DNA of 64,000 nt from Escherichia phage D5505. The DNA is taken from the sequence record MK327929.1; one strand, given 5' to 3'. The notes below the pieces were generated by a model. The model was not told where the DNA came from and did not search any database. It was given only the letters and a program-made list of their open reading frames with translations. The translations under genes were made by a program, and so were the position numbers. Shown here in pieces: positions 12,601-23,695 of this stretch (its first letter is position 1; each line of letters begins with the position of its first letter).

Positions 12601-13281
12601 TTATTTTAATGTTACGAAAGAAGAATTACGTGTTTCACGAATTAGAACTGATCCGTCACGATTAATGTAGTAAATTAAGCTAAATAAAGTTTGGTGTGCC
12701 GACGCATGTTCAAAACTAGTTGGGTGAGATTTCCAATCAGGAGTTTCAGCAATCCATTGATAAATCCACCAAGGAACAGTGCAGAATCCTGGATTTTTTC
12801 CAATCAGCTGAAGATTCGGACTAAAGTTTTCCGGAAGAGTAAATACAGACGGCTTTTCAGATTCAATAATCTCAGCTACAGCCTGTTCGAATTTTTCTTC
12901 AACAAAAGGAGTATCTTCAATTAAAACAGTGGTATTTTCAGGAATTTTATCCGTTTCTACTACTTCAATTTTAATGTCAGATTTAACCGGAGAATCAATC
13001 AGAAGTGCTGCCTCTGGATTGACTTCTTCATCGTCATATTTTAATCCGTCTGCAGCATCAGCAGCATCAATTAAGTCTTTAATAGATAACCCATCAGTCT
13101 CTGGCATAGGTTCACTAGCGAGCTTCTGGAGGGCTTCTTCAATATCAGCAATGATATTATCAAAAGATTTATTCTTTTTGACCTTTATACCAAACTGCTC
13201 AGCATATTCAGCTAATTTAGCTTTAGCTTCTTTGTTATCATCAAGAGCCTTCAGCTCTGCAATATAATCTTTATCTATCAT
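12601..13281 (-). CDS. inh: Inh-like protein (inhibitor of prohead protease)
   Basis: 226-aa ORF at the hoc-adjacent position; length matches T4 Inh. Confidence 0.6.
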   Translation of the reverse strand: MIDKDYIAELKALDDNKEAKAKLAEYAEQFGIKVKKNKSFDNIIADIEEALQKLASEPMPETDGLSIKDLIDAADAADGLKYDDEEVNPEAALLIDSPVKSDIKIEVVETDKIPENTTVLIEDTPFVEEKFEQAVAEIIESEKPSVFTLPENFSPNLQLIGKNPGFCTVPWWIYQWIAETPDWKSHPTSFEHASAHQTLFSLIYYINRDGSVLIRETRNSSFVTLK

Positions 13282-13331
13282 AATATTTCCTCAGTATAAA
13301 TATAGATATATTTATTACATGGTATTTAGAC

Positions 13332-14843
13332 ATGACTGACATTAAAGTACATTTTTATGATTTTAGTCACGTGAGAATTGATTGTGAAGAAAGTACATTT
13401 CATGAACTCCGTGATTTCTTTAGCTTTGAAGCTGATGGGTATCGTTTTAATCCGAAATACAAATATGGCCACTGGGATGGACGAATCCGTCTTTTAGATT
13501 ATAATCGTCTTCTTCCATTCGGCTTAGTCGGGCAAATTAAAAAGTTCTGTGATAACTTTGGCTATAAAGCCTGGATTGACCCACAAATTAACGAAAAAGA
13601 AGAATTATCAAGAAAAGATTTTGATGAATGGCTTTCTAAATTAGAAATCTATTCAGGAAATAAAAGAATTGAACCGCACTGGTATCAAAAAGATGCAGTG
13701 TTCGAAGGATTAGTTAATCGTCGTAGAATTCTTAATCTTCCAACATCCGCTGGTAAATCGTTAATTCAAGCTTTGCTTGCGCGATATTATTTGGAAAATT
13801 ATGAAGGTAAAATTCTTATCATTGTTCCAACAACTGCTCTAACAACTCAGATGGCTGATGACTTCGTTGACTATCGTTTATTCAGTCATGCAATGATAAA
13901 GAAAATTGGTGGCGGAGCATCAAAAGATGATAAATATAAAAATGATGCACCAGTCGTTGTTGGTACATGGCAAACTGTAGTAAAACAACCGAAAGAATGG
14001 TTCTCACAGTTTGGAATGATGATGAATGATGAATGCCATCTTGCTACAGGAAAAAGTATTTCATCTATCATATCAGGTTTAAATAACTGCATGTTCAAAT
14101 TTGGTCTATCTGGTTCATTACGTGATGGCAAAGCCAATATCATGCAGTATGTTGGAATGTTTGGTGAAATATTTAAGCCAGTAACGACTTCTAAGTTAAT
14201 GGAAGATGGACAAGTAACTGAGCTAAAAATTAATAGTATTTTTCTTCGCTATCCCGATGAGTTCACTACTAAATTAAAGGGAAAAACTTATCAAGAAGAA
14301 ATAAAAATTATTACGGGGCTTAGTAAAAGAAATAAATGGATCGCTAAATTGGCTATTAAGCTTGCACAAAAAGATGAAAACGCTTTTGTCATGTTTAAAC
14401 ATGTATCACATGGTAAAGCTATTTTCGATTTAATTAAAAATGAATACGATAAAGTTTATTACGTATCAGGGGAAGTTGATACCGAAACCCGCAATATAAT
14501 GAAAACCTTAGCTGAAAATGGTAAAGGAATAATTATAGTAGCTAGTTATGGTGTATTTTCTACTGGTATTTCAGTTAAAAATCTGCATCACGTTGTTTTA
14601 GCGCACGGTGTTAAATCAAAAATCATTGTATTACAAACAATCGGTCGTGTATTACGTAAGCATGGTTCTAAAACAATCGCAACAGTCTGGGACCTCATAG
14701 ATGACTGTGGTGTCAAGCCAAAATCTGCTAATACTAAAAAGAAATATGTTCACTTGAACTATCTTTTAAAACACGGCATTGATCGTATTCAGCGCTACGC
14801 AGATGAAAAATTTAATTACGTAATGAAAACAGTTAATTTATAA
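13332..14843 (+). CDS. uvsW: UvsW DNA/RNA helicase
   Basis: 503-aa ORF with Walker A (PTSAGKS) and DECH motifs; T4 UvsW length. Confidence 0.9.
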   Translation: MTDIKVHFYDFSHVRIDCEESTFHELRDFFSFEADGYRFNPKYKYGHWDGRIRLLDYNRLLPFGLVGQIKKFCDNFGYKAWIDPQINEKEELSRKDFDEWLSKLEIYSGNKRIEPHWYQKDAVFEGLVNRRRILNLPTSAGKSLIQALLARYYLENYEGKILIIVPTTALTTQMADDFVDYRLFSHAMIKKIGGGASKDDKYKNDAPVVVGTWQTVVKQPKEWFSQFGMMMNDECHLATGKSISSIISGLNNCMFKFGLSGSLRDGKANIMQYVGMFGEIFKPVTTSKLMEDGQVTELKINSIFLRYPDEFTTKLKGKTYQEEIKIITGLSKRNKWIAKLAIKLAQKDENAFVMFKHVSHGKAIFDLIKNEYDKVYYVSGEVDTETRNIMKTLAENGKGIIIVASYGVFSTGISVKNLHHVVLAHGVKSKIIVLQTIGRVLRKHGSKTIATVWDLIDDCGVKPKSANTKKKYVHLNYLLKHGIDRIQRYADEKFNYVMKTVNL

Positions 14844-14868
14844 GGGCTTCGGCCCTTTGGAGAAAAAG

Positions 14869-15099
14869 ATGTTACTAGAATTTAAACAATTTCTTTATGA
14901 AGCTTCTATTGATGAATTTATGGGTAAAATTGCCTCTTGTCAAACATTAGAAGGTTTAGAAGAACTTGAAGCTTATTATAAGAAAAGAGTTAAAGAAACT
15001 GAATTAAAAGATACTGATGACATCTCAGTCAGAGATGCTTTGGCAGGAAAAAGAGCTGAATTAGAAGATTCAGACGATGAAGTAGAAGAAAGCTTTTAA
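14869..15099 (+). CDS. uvsW.1: UvsW.1-like small acidic protein
   Basis: Track ORF starts at TTG 14857; first ATG (14869) with GGAG SD gives 76 aa. Confidence 0.6.
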   Translation: MLLEFKQFLYEASIDEFMGKIASCQTLEGLEELEAYYKKRVKETELKDTDDISVRDALAGKRAELEDSDDEVEESF

Positions 15100-15108
15100 A
15101 TTAAAAAA

Positions 15109-15131
15109 GGCCCAACCAAAAAGGAAGGGCC
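15109..15131 (-). terminator. stem-loop (GGCCC...GGGCC) with U-tract on minus strand
   Basis: 5-bp GC stem, 13-nt loop, followed on minus strand by TTTTTTAATTT; lies between convergent genes. Confidence 0.4.
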
Positions 15132-15154
15132 AAAACTATAGACTAAAGGTCACA

Positions 15155-15322
15155 CTATAGCAAAAGTTGCGTTTCATTTAATTGTTCTTCCGAACTTTCT
15201 GAAACTGGTAGTTCTTTAATGTAATTATAGCAAGGCCCAGGATGTACAGGACCTTTGTCTGTTTCAACAACCAATGCAGAATCGATTGGAGTTTTACAGA
15301 CAACACAAATCTTATCTGACAT
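15155..15322 (-). CDS. small Cys-containing protein (55 aa; below ORF-track cutoff)
   Basis: Hand-translated: ATG 15322 with GAGGAGA SD; MSDKICVVCKTPIDSALVVETDKGPVHPGPCYNY...; CxxC...C suggests a Zn-ribbon. Confidence 0.55.
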   Translation of the reverse strand: MSDKICVVCKTPIDSALVVETDKGPVHPGPCYNYIKELPVSESSEEQLNETQLLL

Positions 15323-15350
15323 GATTGTCTCCTCTGAATTATATATCTAT

Positions 15351-15575
15351 TTATACAACTCTCATATGCATATCAATGCCCATATCTTTAGAATAAAAAT
15401 ATTCATCAAGATATCCGGCAAATTTTCCTTTAATATAAAGAACATCTTCACCGCACGGGTGGTCGGCCAGGATACGAATATCCTGACGCTTGAGATTATA
15501 CTTTTTCATTAAGAATTGAATTTCCGTTTCGAATTCTTCTTCATAATTAAAAGCATCATCAATGCTATATTTCAT
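15351..15575 (-). CDS. hypothetical protein (uvsY-downstream ORF)
   Basis: 74-aa ORF, start overlaps uvsY stop. Confidence 0.55.
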   Translation of the reverse strand: MKYSIDDAFNYEEEFETEIQFLMKKYNLKRQDIRILADHPCGEDVLYIKGKFAGYLDEYFYSKDMGIDMHMRVV

Positions 15576-15988
15576 TATTTTCCAGCCTCAAATGCTCGCA
15601 TGTCTTGAATATGCTTAATAGCAAATCCGCGTGATTTAATAGCATCAAGAGCTCCGCTACAGAAATCCAATAAAATTCCCCAATATTGTAATGAAGTATC
15701 AACTTTTAAAACATCCTTATCAGCTGATAGAACTGTCTTCATTTCTGATTTCTCGTAACGATCCATACTAAATTCATCACCATCTCCTCGTCCCGAGTAG
15801 TAGTCTAATTTAGCTTTAAGAGCAACTTTTTTCTGTGCTTCAATTCTAAGCATTTCCTTTTTAATACTTGAATGCTTATTAAGCCATTTACTATATAACA
15901 TCACATTATTAGCTGCTTCATACTGTAATTTAGTCGAATCTATAAACACATCTTTCTTCAATTCTTCTTGAAGATCTTCTAATCTCAT
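15575..15988 (-). CDS. uvsY: UvsY recombination mediator
   Basis: 137-aa ORF; sequence and length match T4 UvsY. Confidence 0.9.
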   Translation of the reverse strand: MRLEDLQEELKKDVFIDSTKLQYEAANNVMLYSKWLNKHSSIKKEMLRIEAQKKVALKAKLDYYSGRGDGDEFSMDRYEKSEMKTVLSADKDVLKVDTSLQYWGILLDFCSGALDAIKSRGFAIKHIQDMRAFEAGK

Positions 15989-16054
15989 ATTGTTCTCTAT
16001 TCAATTGTTATTGGATGGACTTAGATTCATTATACCACGTTTATACGTGAAGCA

Positions 16055-16453
16055 TTATACTCTATTACTGGAAGCCAGTTGTAGTTTTATCTGCTCAATA
16101 TCATCAGGGTTATCGATGACTGAAAAGCGTATTTCTACTATCAAAGTATAATCATCATAAACCGGTATTACATTAACTGCTAATTTATCAATACGTGGCT
16201 CATAGTTTCTTACTGCGCTTTCGATATTACGCTCAACCGTGTCAGCAGTAAGAGGAGTCATATTCTCAAAAAGTTGGTCAGATAAATCGCATCCAAATTC
16301 AGGGTCAAACGGTCTTGAACCTTTTCTTGTTGTAATAATTCCTAAAAGACTATTTTTAATTGACCTTAATCCAAGTGATCTTGAAACGTCTTTGTTCCAA
16401 TCCATTTTCATCTCTGGGTCAATATCAGAATAAAGCTTATTAATATTTGCCAT
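16055..16453 (-). CDS. 25: baseplate wedge protein gp25
   Basis: 132-aa ORF, T4 gp25 length; synteny with 26. Confidence 0.88.
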   Translation of the reverse strand: MANINKLYSDIDPEMKMDWNKDVSRSLGLRSIKNSLLGIITTRKGSRPFDPEFGCDLSDQLFENMTPLTADTVERNIESAVRNYEPRIDKLAVNVIPVYDDYTLIVEIRFSVIDNPDDIEQIKLQLASSNRV

Positions 16454-17079
16454 TACAATAGCTCAAAGAATTCTTTGAGTCCTCTTATTACATGAGCGTG
16501 AGTTTTTCCACACTCTGGACATTTAATTGGAACAGCCAAATAAACAGTAGGCTTTAAAAGCATATCTTTTATAGCTACAATATCTGACTCTGCGATGATA
16601 GAATATAAATCTTCCAGTTCTTTTTCATTTAAGTCTTCAACTGGAATGCTTTCACCGTTAGCATGAATCGTTTCTATACATGATACTATCATGTGGGCTA
16701 TATTTTTATCATCAAAAATTTTAGGGTAATGGAATTTAATTTTAATGTCACCCAGTGTATACCAGAGGTCTTCTGGTGCATCTATTTGTGTATGTAATAG
16801 ATTTATATGGGTTGGTATTTCAGTTCCACAGGTGCACTTCCAGGAGTTTTCGTGATTAACTTCTCCAAGAGAATGCGCCCATAAATGAATCAGTAATAGT
16901 TCTGATTCTTGGCGGTTTAAATCTTTTGCATTTGTACAGTCTTTGATTAGCTTTTTAACAATCTCTTCTACTGAACCATTCTTTTTAGCAGTAATAAGTT
17001 CTAGATATTCTTTAAGAGTAAATGCGCGACAGTTGATTATTTTAGAACCAACTCTCACATCAAATTTGTATTCATACAT
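16453..17079 (-). CDS. 26: baseplate hub protein gp26
   Basis: 208-aa ORF; T4 gp26 length; synteny. Confidence 0.8.
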   Translation of the reverse strand: MYEYKFDVRVGSKIINCRAFTLKEYLELITAKKNGSVEEIVKKLIKDCTNAKDLNRQESELLLIHLWAHSLGEVNHENSWKCTCGTEIPTHINLLHTQIDAPEDLWYTLGDIKIKFHYPKIFDDKNIAHMIVSCIETIHANGESIPVEDLNEKELEDLYSIIAESDIVAIKDMLLKPTVYLAVPIKCPECGKTHAHVIRGLKEFFELL

Positions 17080-17100
17080 ATTTAGCTCCTTTATTTATCA

Positions 17101-17112
17101 TATTTATAAATA
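17101..17112. promoter_or_regulatory. palindromic bidirectional late promoter (TATTTATAAATA) between genes 26 (-) and 51 (+)
   Basis: TATAAATA reads on both strands within the 12-nt palindrome in the divergent intergenic region. Confidence 0.55.
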
Positions 17113-17129
17113 GAATAAAAGGAGCATCT

Positions 17130-17882
17130 ATGGCAAACATTATTCGTTGTAAATTACCAGATGGTGTTCATCGTTTTAAACCATTTACGGTAGAAGATTA
17201 TCGAGATTTTTTGTTAGTTCGAAACGATATAGAACATCGGTCACCACAAGAACAAAAAGAAATAATTACTGATTTAATTGATGATTATTTTGGAGACTAT
17301 CCGAAGACTTGGCAACCATTTATATTTTTGCAGGTATTTGTAGGTTCAATAGGTAAAACTAAAGTACCAGTCACATTTGTATGTCCAAAATGTAAAAAAG
17401 AAAAGACAGTTCCATTTGAAATATATCAAAAAGAATTAAAGGAACCTATTTTTGATGTAGCTAATGTTAAAATTAAATTAAATTTTCCTTCTGAGTTTTA
17501 TGAAAATAAAGCAAAGATGATTACTGAAAATATTCATTCTGTTCAAGTAGATGAAATGTGGTATGATTGGAAGGAAATTAGTGAATCGAGTCAAATAGAA
17601 CTTGTTGACGCCATCGAGATAGAAACATTAGAAAAAATTCTCGATGCAATGAATCCTATTAATTTAACATTGCACATGTCGTGTTGTGATAAGTACATTA
17701 AAAAATACACTGATATAGTAGATGTGTTTAAGCTATTAGTTAATCCAGATGAGATATTTACTTTTTATCAAATTAATCACACGCTTGTAAAAAGTAATTA
17801 TAGCTTAAATTCAATAATGAAAATGATTCCTGCCGAGCGCGGATTCGTATTAAAACTGATTGAGAAGGATAAACATCAATGA
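17130..17882 (+). CDS. 51: baseplate hub assembly protein gp51
   Basis: 250-aa ORF; position and length as T4 gp51. Confidence 0.8.
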   Translation: MANIIRCKLPDGVHRFKPFTVEDYRDFLLVRNDIEHRSPQEQKEIITDLIDDYFGDYPKTWQPFIFLQVFVGSIGKTKVPVTFVCPKCKKEKTVPFEIYQKELKEPIFDVANVKIKLNFPSEFYENKAKMITENIHSVQVDEMWYDWKEISESSQIELVDAIEIETLEKILDAMNPINLTLHMSCCDKYIKKYTDIVDVFKLLVNPDEIFTFYQINHTLVKSNYSLNSIMKMIPAERGFVLKLIEKDKHQ

Positions 17883-19051
17883 GTATGTTACAACGTCCTG
17901 GATATCCAAATCTCAGCGTTAAATTATTTGAGAGTTATGACGCTTGGAGTAATAATAGATTTGTTGAATTAGCTGCTACTATTACCACATTAACTATGCG
18001 TGACTCTCTTTATGGTCGAAATGAAGGAATGCTGCAGTTTTATGATTCTAAAAATATCCACACAAAAATGGATGGAAATGAAATAATTCAAATTTCTGTA
18101 GCTAATGCAAACGATATTAATAATGTTAAAACACGAATTTATGGATGCAAGCATTTTTCCGTGTCAGTAGATTCAAAAGGCGATAACATCATTGCTATTG
18201 AATTGGGAACTATTCATTCTATAGAAAATCTTAAATTTGGTAGACCATTTTTCCCTGATGCAGGTGAATCTATAAAAGAAATGCTTGGTGTCATTTATCA
18301 AGACCGCACATTATTAACTCCAGCAATAAATGCTATAAATGCTTATGTTCCTGATATTCCATGGACTAGTACATTTGAAAATTATTTGTCCTATGTAAGA
18401 GAAGTTGCTCTAGCGGTAGGAAGCGATAAGTTCGTATTTGTATGGCAAGACATCATGGGAGTTAACATGATGGACTATGATATGATGATAAATCAAGAAC
18501 CATATCCAATGATTGTAGGTGAGCCAACTTTAATAGGTCAATTCGTCCAAGAATTGAAATATCCATTAGCATATGATTTTGTTTGGTTGACTAAATCAAA
18601 CCCGCATAAACGTGATCCAATGAAAAATGCTACTATCTATGCTCATTCGTTTTTAGATTCTTCACTGCCAATGATTACTACAGGAAAGGGTGAAAACTCT
18701 ATTGTAGTGTCAAGGTCAGGTGCTTATTCTGAAATGACTTATAGAAATGGCTATGAAGAAGCTATTCGTCTTCAAACTATGGCGCAATATGATGGCTATG
18801 CTAAATGTTCTACTGTCGGTAATTTTAACTTGACTCCTGGTGTTAAAATTATTTTTAATGATAGTAAAAACCAATTTAAAACAGAATTTTACGTTGATGA
18901 AGTTATCCATGAATTATCAAATAATAATTCAGTAACTCATCTATATATGTTCACTAATGCAACGAAACTGGAAACAATAGACCCAGTTAAGGTTAAAAAT
19001 GAATTTAAATCTGATACTACCACTGAAGAAAGTAGTTCTTCCAATAAGTAA
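17879..19051 (+). CDS. 27: baseplate hub protein gp27
   Basis: 390-aa ORF; T4 gp27 is ~391 aa; synteny. Confidence 0.88.
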   Translation: MSMLQRPGYPNLSVKLFESYDAWSNNRFVELAATITTLTMRDSLYGRNEGMLQFYDSKNIHTKMDGNEIIQISVANANDINNVKTRIYGCKHFSVSVDSKGDNIIAIELGTIHSIENLKFGRPFFPDAGESIKEMLGVIYQDRTLLTPAINAINAYVPDIPWTSTFENYLSYVREVALAVGSDKFVFVWQDIMGVNMMDYDMMINQEPYPMIVGEPTLIGQFVQELKYPLAYDFVWLTKSNPHKRDPMKNATIYAHSFLDSSLPMITTGKGENSIVVSRSGAYSEMTYRNGYEEAIRLQTMAQYDGYAKCSTVGNFNLTPGVKIIFNDSKNQFKTEFYVDEVIHELSNNNSVTHLYMFTNATKLETIDPVKVKNEFKSDTTTEESSSSNK

Positions 19052-19532
19052 TAAAGAAGTTTCTATTCCTAAGATGGGTCTTAAACATTATAACATTTTA
19101 AAAGATGTTAAAGGTCCTGATGAAAATTTAAAACTTCTTATTGATTCTATTTGTCCGAATTTATCACCGGCAGAAGTTGATTTCGTTTCCATTCATTTAT
19201 TGGAATTTAATGGAAAGATTAAATCCCGTAAAGAAATAGATGGTTATACTTATGATATTAATGACGTTTATGTATGTCAAAGATTGGAATTTCAATACCA
19301 AGGAAATACATTTTATTTTAGACCTCCTGGAAAATTTGAACAATTTTTAACTGTAAGCGATATGTTATCCAAATGCTTGCTTAAGGTCAATGATGAAGTT
19401 AAAGAAATTAATTTTCTTGAGATGCCAGCATTTGTTTTAAAATGGGCAAATGATATTTCTACAACTTTAGCAATTCCTGGCCCTAATGGTCCAATAACCG
19501 GAATTGGCAATATTATTGGATTATTTGAATGA
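18999..19532 (+). CDS. 28: baseplate hub protein gp28
   Basis: 177-aa ORF overlapping gene 27 end; T4 gp28 length. Confidence 0.75.
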   Translation: MNLNLILPLKKVVLPISNKEVSIPKMGLKHYNILKDVKGPDENLKLLIDSICPNLSPAEVDFVSIHLLEFNGKIKSRKEIDGYTYDINDVYVCQRLEFQYQGNTFYFRPPGKFEQFLTVSDMLSKCLLKVNDEVKEINFLEMPAFVLKWANDISTTLAIPGPNGPITGIGNIIGLFE

Positions 19533-21301
19533 AAAAGCCACAAGAAATGCAAACGATGCGTAGAAAAGTTATTTCAGATAATAAACCAACACAGGAAGCG
19601 GCTAAATCCGCTTCTAATACTTTATCTGGTCTTAATGACATTTCTACAAAATTAGATGATGCTCAAGCTGCCTCTGAATTAATAGCTCAGACTGTTGAAG
19701 AAAAATCAAATGAAATAGTTGGAGCAATTGATAACGTTGAAAGCGCAGTAAGTGATACTACTGCCGGTTCTGAGTTAATTGCCGAGACTGTTGAAATTGG
19801 CAATAATATCAATAAAGAAATAGGCGAATCACTCGGAAGCAAATTAGATAAATTAACGAGTTTATTAGAACAAAAAATTCAAACAGCTGGAATTCAACAG
19901 ACTGGAACGAGTTTAGCAGTAGTAGAAAATGCTATTCCTGTTAAAGTCGTCGAGGATGATACAGCTGAATCTGTGGGTCCTTTATTACCGGCTTCTGAAG
20001 CAGTTAATAATGATCCTGATGCTGATTTTTTCCCTACTCCTCAGCCAATTGAACCAAAACAAGAGTCTCCAGAAGAGAAGCAAAAAAGAGACGCATTTAA
20101 CTTAAAATTATCTCAAGCTTTAGATAAATTAACAAAGACAGTTGATTTCGGATTTAAGAAATCTATTTCAATTACTGATAAAATATCTAGCATGCTATTT
20201 AAGTATACCGTCAGTGCTGCTATTGAAGCTGCTAAAATGGTTGCATTGATAATGGCTGTTGTTATTGGAATAGACCTGCTGATGGTTCATTTTAAATACT
20301 GGTCAGATAAATTTTCAAAAGCCTGGGATTTATTTAGCACTGATTTTAAAACTTTCTCAAGCGAAACAGGAACTTGGGGCCTTTTATTACAAAGCATCTT
20401 TGAATCTATTGATGAAATTAAAAAGTTCTGGGAAGCTGGAGATTGGGGCGGATTAACAGTAGCTATTGTTGAAGGGCTTGGAAGTGTTCTTTATAATTTA
20501 GGAGAGCTTATTCAATTAGGTATGGCTAAATTATCTGCAGCAATTCTTCGAGTCATTCCTGGCATGAAGGATACTGCTGATGAAGTAGAAGGAAGAGCAT
20601 TAGAAAATTTCCAAAATTCTACTGGAGCATCTCTTAATAAAGAAGACCAAGAAAAAGTAGCAAATTATCAAGATAAACGAATGAATGATGATCTTGGCCC
20701 AATAGCAAAAGGATTAGACAAAATTGCGAACTGGAAAACTCGTGCATCTAACTGGATTCGTGGTGTAGATAATAAAGAAGCATTGACTACTGACGAAGAA
20801 CGTGCAGCAGAAGAAGAAAAATTAAAACAACTTTCACCGGAAGAAAGAAAAAATGCTTTAATGAAAGCTAATGAAGCTCGTGCTGCGATGATTCGTTTTG
20901 AAAAATACGCTGATTCAGCTGATATGAGCAAAGACTCGACAGTTAAATCAATTGAAGCTGCTCATGAAGACCTTAAAAAACGAATGAATGATCCGGATTT
21001 AAATAATTCACCAGCAGTTAAAAAAGAACTTGCTTCTAGATTTGCTAAAATTGATGCCACTTATCAAGAGCTCAAGAAAAATCAACCTGAAGCAAAACCT
21101 GAAACTTCTGCTAAATCACCAGAAGCAAAACAGGTCCAGGTGATTGAAAAGAACAAAGCACAACAAGCTCCTGTTCAACAAGCATCTCCTTCAATCAATA
21201 ATACTAATAATGTTATTAAGAAAAATACTGTCGTTCATAATATGACACCTGTCACAAGCACAACTGCTCCTGGTGTATTTGGTGCGACGGGAGTTAATTA
21301 A
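19529..21301 (+). CDS. 29: baseplate hub / tail length determinator gp29
   Basis: 590-aa ORF, T4 gp29 length; synteny. Confidence 0.88.
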   Translation: MKKPQEMQTMRRKVISDNKPTQEAAKSASNTLSGLNDISTKLDDAQAASELIAQTVEEKSNEIVGAIDNVESAVSDTTAGSELIAETVEIGNNINKEIGESLGSKLDKLTSLLEQKIQTAGIQQTGTSLAVVENAIPVKVVEDDTAESVGPLLPASEAVNNDPDADFFPTPQPIEPKQESPEEKQKRDAFNLKLSQALDKLTKTVDFGFKKSISITDKISSMLFKYTVSAAIEAAKMVALIMAVVIGIDLLMVHFKYWSDKFSKAWDLFSTDFKTFSSETGTWGLLLQSIFESIDEIKKFWEAGDWGGLTVAIVEGLGSVLYNLGELIQLGMAKLSAAILRVIPGMKDTADEVEGRALENFQNSTGASLNKEDQEKVANYQDKRMNDDLGPIAKGLDKIANWKTRASNWIRGVDNKEALTTDEERAAEEEKLKQLSPEERKNALMKANEARAAMIRFEKYADSADMSKDSTVKSIEAAHEDLKKRMNDPDLNNSPAVKKELASRFAKIDATYQELKKNQPEAKPETSAKSPEAKQVQVIEKNKAQQAPVQQASPSINNTNNVIKKNTVVHNMTPVTSTTAPGVFGATGVN

Positions 21302-21309
21302 GGAATAAT

Positions 21310-22404
21310 ATGGCAATTGTTAAAGAAATAACTGCTGATTTAATTAAAAAGTCCGGTGAAACAATTTCAGCCGGACAGAGTACTAAATCAGAAGTAGGAA
21401 CTAAAACATACACAGCCCAGTTTCCAACTGGGCGTGCTAGTGGTAATGACACTACAGGGGACTTCCAGGTAACAGATCTATATAAGAATGGATTATTATT
21501 TACTGCATACAATATGTCATCTAGGGATTCTGGAAGTCTTAGAACGATGAGATCTAACTACTCTTCTTCATCTTCGAGTATTTTACGTACAGCCAGAAAC
21601 ACTATCAGTAATACAGTATCAAAACTATCAAATGGACTAATATCAGATAATAATTCAGGAGCAATAAGTAAAGTTCCTGTTGCAAATATTCTTTTACCTA
21701 GATCTAAATCTGACGTCGATACGTCATCACATAGATTTAATGATGTTCAAGATAGTCTTATTACAAAAGGTGGAGGTACTGCTACTGGTGTGCTAAGCAA
21801 TATGGCTTCAACCGCAGTATTTGGAGCGCTGGAAAGTATAACACAAGGTATAATGGCTGATAATAATGAACAGATTTATACGACAGCCAGAAGCATGTAC
21901 GGCGGTGCTGAAAATAGAACTAAAGTGTTCACTTGGGATTTGACTCCGCGCTCAACAGAAGATTTAATGGCTATTATTAATATCTATCAGTATTTTAACT
22001 ATTTTTCTTACGGTGAAACTGGTAAATCTCAATATGCTGCTGAAATAAAAGGATATTTAGATGAGTGGTACCGTTCTACTTTTATTGAGCCGTTAACTCC
22101 AGAAGATGCAGTTAAAAATAAGACGTTATTTGAGAAAATGACATCGAGTTTAACTAACGTTCTTGTAGTTTCAAACCCGACAATTTGGATGGTGAAAAAC
22201 TTTGGTGCAACATCTAAGTTTGATGGAAAAACGGAAATATTCGGTCCATGTCAAATCCAGAGTATCAGATTTGATAAAACACCTAATGGTAACTTTAACG
22301 GATTAGCTATTGCTCCAAATCTCCCTAGTACATTTACTCTCGAGATTACTATGAGAGAAATTATCACGTTAAACCGTGCTTCTTTATATGCGGGGACTTT
22401 TTAA
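21310..22404 (+). CDS. 48: baseplate tail-tube junction protein gp48
   Basis: 364-aa ORF; T4 gp48 length; synteny. Confidence 0.88.
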   Translation: MAIVKEITADLIKKSGETISAGQSTKSEVGTKTYTAQFPTGRASGNDTTGDFQVTDLYKNGLLFTAYNMSSRDSGSLRTMRSNYSSSSSSILRTARNTISNTVSKLSNGLISDNNSGAISKVPVANILLPRSKSDVDTSSHRFNDVQDSLITKGGGTATGVLSNMASTAVFGALESITQGIMADNNEQIYTTARSMYGGAENRTKVFTWDLTPRSTEDLMAIINIYQYFNYFSYGETGKSQYAAEIKGYLDEWYRSTFIEPLTPEDAVKNKTLFEKMTSSLTNVLVVSNPTIWMVKNFGATSKFDGKTEIFGPCQIQSIRFDKTPNGNFNGLAIAPNLPSTFTLEITMREIITLNRASLYAGTF

Positions 22405-23369
22405 TGTATTCTTTAGAGGAATTTAATAATCAAGCAATAAACGCAGATTTCCAACGTAATAATATGTTCAGCTGTGTTTTTGCTACAACTCCATCAACTA
22501 AAAGCTCTTCGTTGATAAGTTCAATTAGCAACTTTTCTTATAATAACTTGGGCCTAAATTCAGATTGGTTAGGATTAACTCAAGGCGATATTAATCAGGG
22601 AATTACTACGCTAATTACAGCTGGCACACAAAAACTGATAAGAAAATCAGGGGTTAGTAAATATCTTATTGGTGCCATGAGTCAACGTACAGTTCAAAGT
22701 TTATTAGGCTCATTTACAGTTGGTACATATTTAATTGACTTCTTTAACATGGCATATAACTCATCTGGATTGATGATATACTCTGTAAAAATGCCAGAGA
22801 ATAGATTATCCTATGAAACTGACTGGAACTATAATTCTCCTAATATTCGTATAACTGGGAGAGAATTAGACCCTTTGGTTATTTCATTCAGAATGGATTC
22901 AGAAGCTTGTAACTATCGTGCAATGCAAGACTGGGTTAACGCTGTTCAAGACCCAGTAACTGGATTGCGTGCTTTGCCGCAAGATGTCGAGGCAGATATT
23001 CAGGTTAATCTTCATTCTCGCAATGGATTACCACATACTGCGGTGATGTTCACTGGATGCATTCCAGTGTCAGTGAGCGCTCCTGAGTTATCATATGATG
23101 GAGATAACCAAATAACTACATTTGATGTTACTTTTGCATATAGAGTCATGCAGGCTGGAGCAGTTGATAGGCAAGCTGCGCTTGAATGGCTTGAATCTGC
23201 TGCTATAAATGGTATTCAAAGCGTTCTCGGAAATAGTGGAGGTGTTACTGGACTATCTAATTCGCTTTCACGACTCAGTAGATTAGGGGGAACTGCAGGA
23301 AGCATTTCAAACATTAATACTATGACAGGAATTGTCAATTCGCAAAGTAAAATATTAGGAGCAATATAA
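22404..23369 (+). CDS. 54: baseplate tail-tube initiator gp54
   Basis: 321-aa ORF; T4 gp54 ~320 aa; synteny. Confidence 0.88.
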   Translation: MYSLEEFNNQAINADFQRNNMFSCVFATTPSTKSSSLISSISNFSYNNLGLNSDWLGLTQGDINQGITTLITAGTQKLIRKSGVSKYLIGAMSQRTVQSLLGSFTVGTYLIDFFNMAYNSSGLMIYSVKMPENRLSYETDWNYNSPNIRITGRELDPLVISFRMDSEACNYRAMQDWVNAVQDPVTGLRALPQDVEADIQVNLHSRNGLPHTAVMFTGCIPVSVSAPELSYDGDNQITTFDVTFAYRVMQAGAVDRQAALEWLESAAINGIQSVLGNSGGVTGLSNSLSRLSRLGGTAGSISNINTMTGIVNSQSKILGAI

Positions 23370-23373
23370 CAAT

Positions 23374-23391
23374 GGGGACCTTTCGGTCCCC
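23374..23391. terminator. bidirectional terminator between gene 54 (+) and alt.-3-like gene (-)
   Basis: GGGGACC-TTTC-GGTCCCC stem-loop, A/T-rich both sides. Confidence 0.65.
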
Positions 23392-23397
23392 ATATTT

Positions 23398-23688
23398 TTA
23401 TTTACGGAATGAAATGAAAGCAGCAACTGAAGCAACTAAACTGTCTTCAATATAAACTTCAATTTTTACCGGAGCTTCTGACTCAAATTTACCTGTTACT
23501 ACACCCTGAAAAATACTTTCAGTCTGTTCTGGCTTTGAAAAATTTTCAGAAGGAAAAATTCCGAACTTTTTATCTGTTCCAAAAATTTTGATAAATTCAT
23601 CGTAAACTGCTTCATTAAAAGCATTATCAGCAGGAATAACGCCTTCAACTACAAGTTCTTGACCTAAAAAGCGCAAAGAAGATTTCAT
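23398..23688 (-). CDS. hypothetical protein (alt-downstream, alt.-3-like)
   Basis: 96-aa ORF with GAGGAA SD supplied by the 54-bp cassette. Confidence 0.55.
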   Translation of the reverse strand: MKSSLRFLGQELVVEGVIPADNAFNEAVYDEFIKIFGTDKKFGIFPSENFSKPEQTESIFQGVVTGKFESEAPVKIEVYIEDSLVASVAAFISFRK

Positions 23689-23695
23689 TTTGTGT

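Noticed and set aside
15255-15512. 85-aa plus-strand ORF
   Set aside because: Overlaps two minus-strand genes with good RBSs (15155-15322 and 15351-15575); low-complexity product (IFRIKIFIKISGKF).
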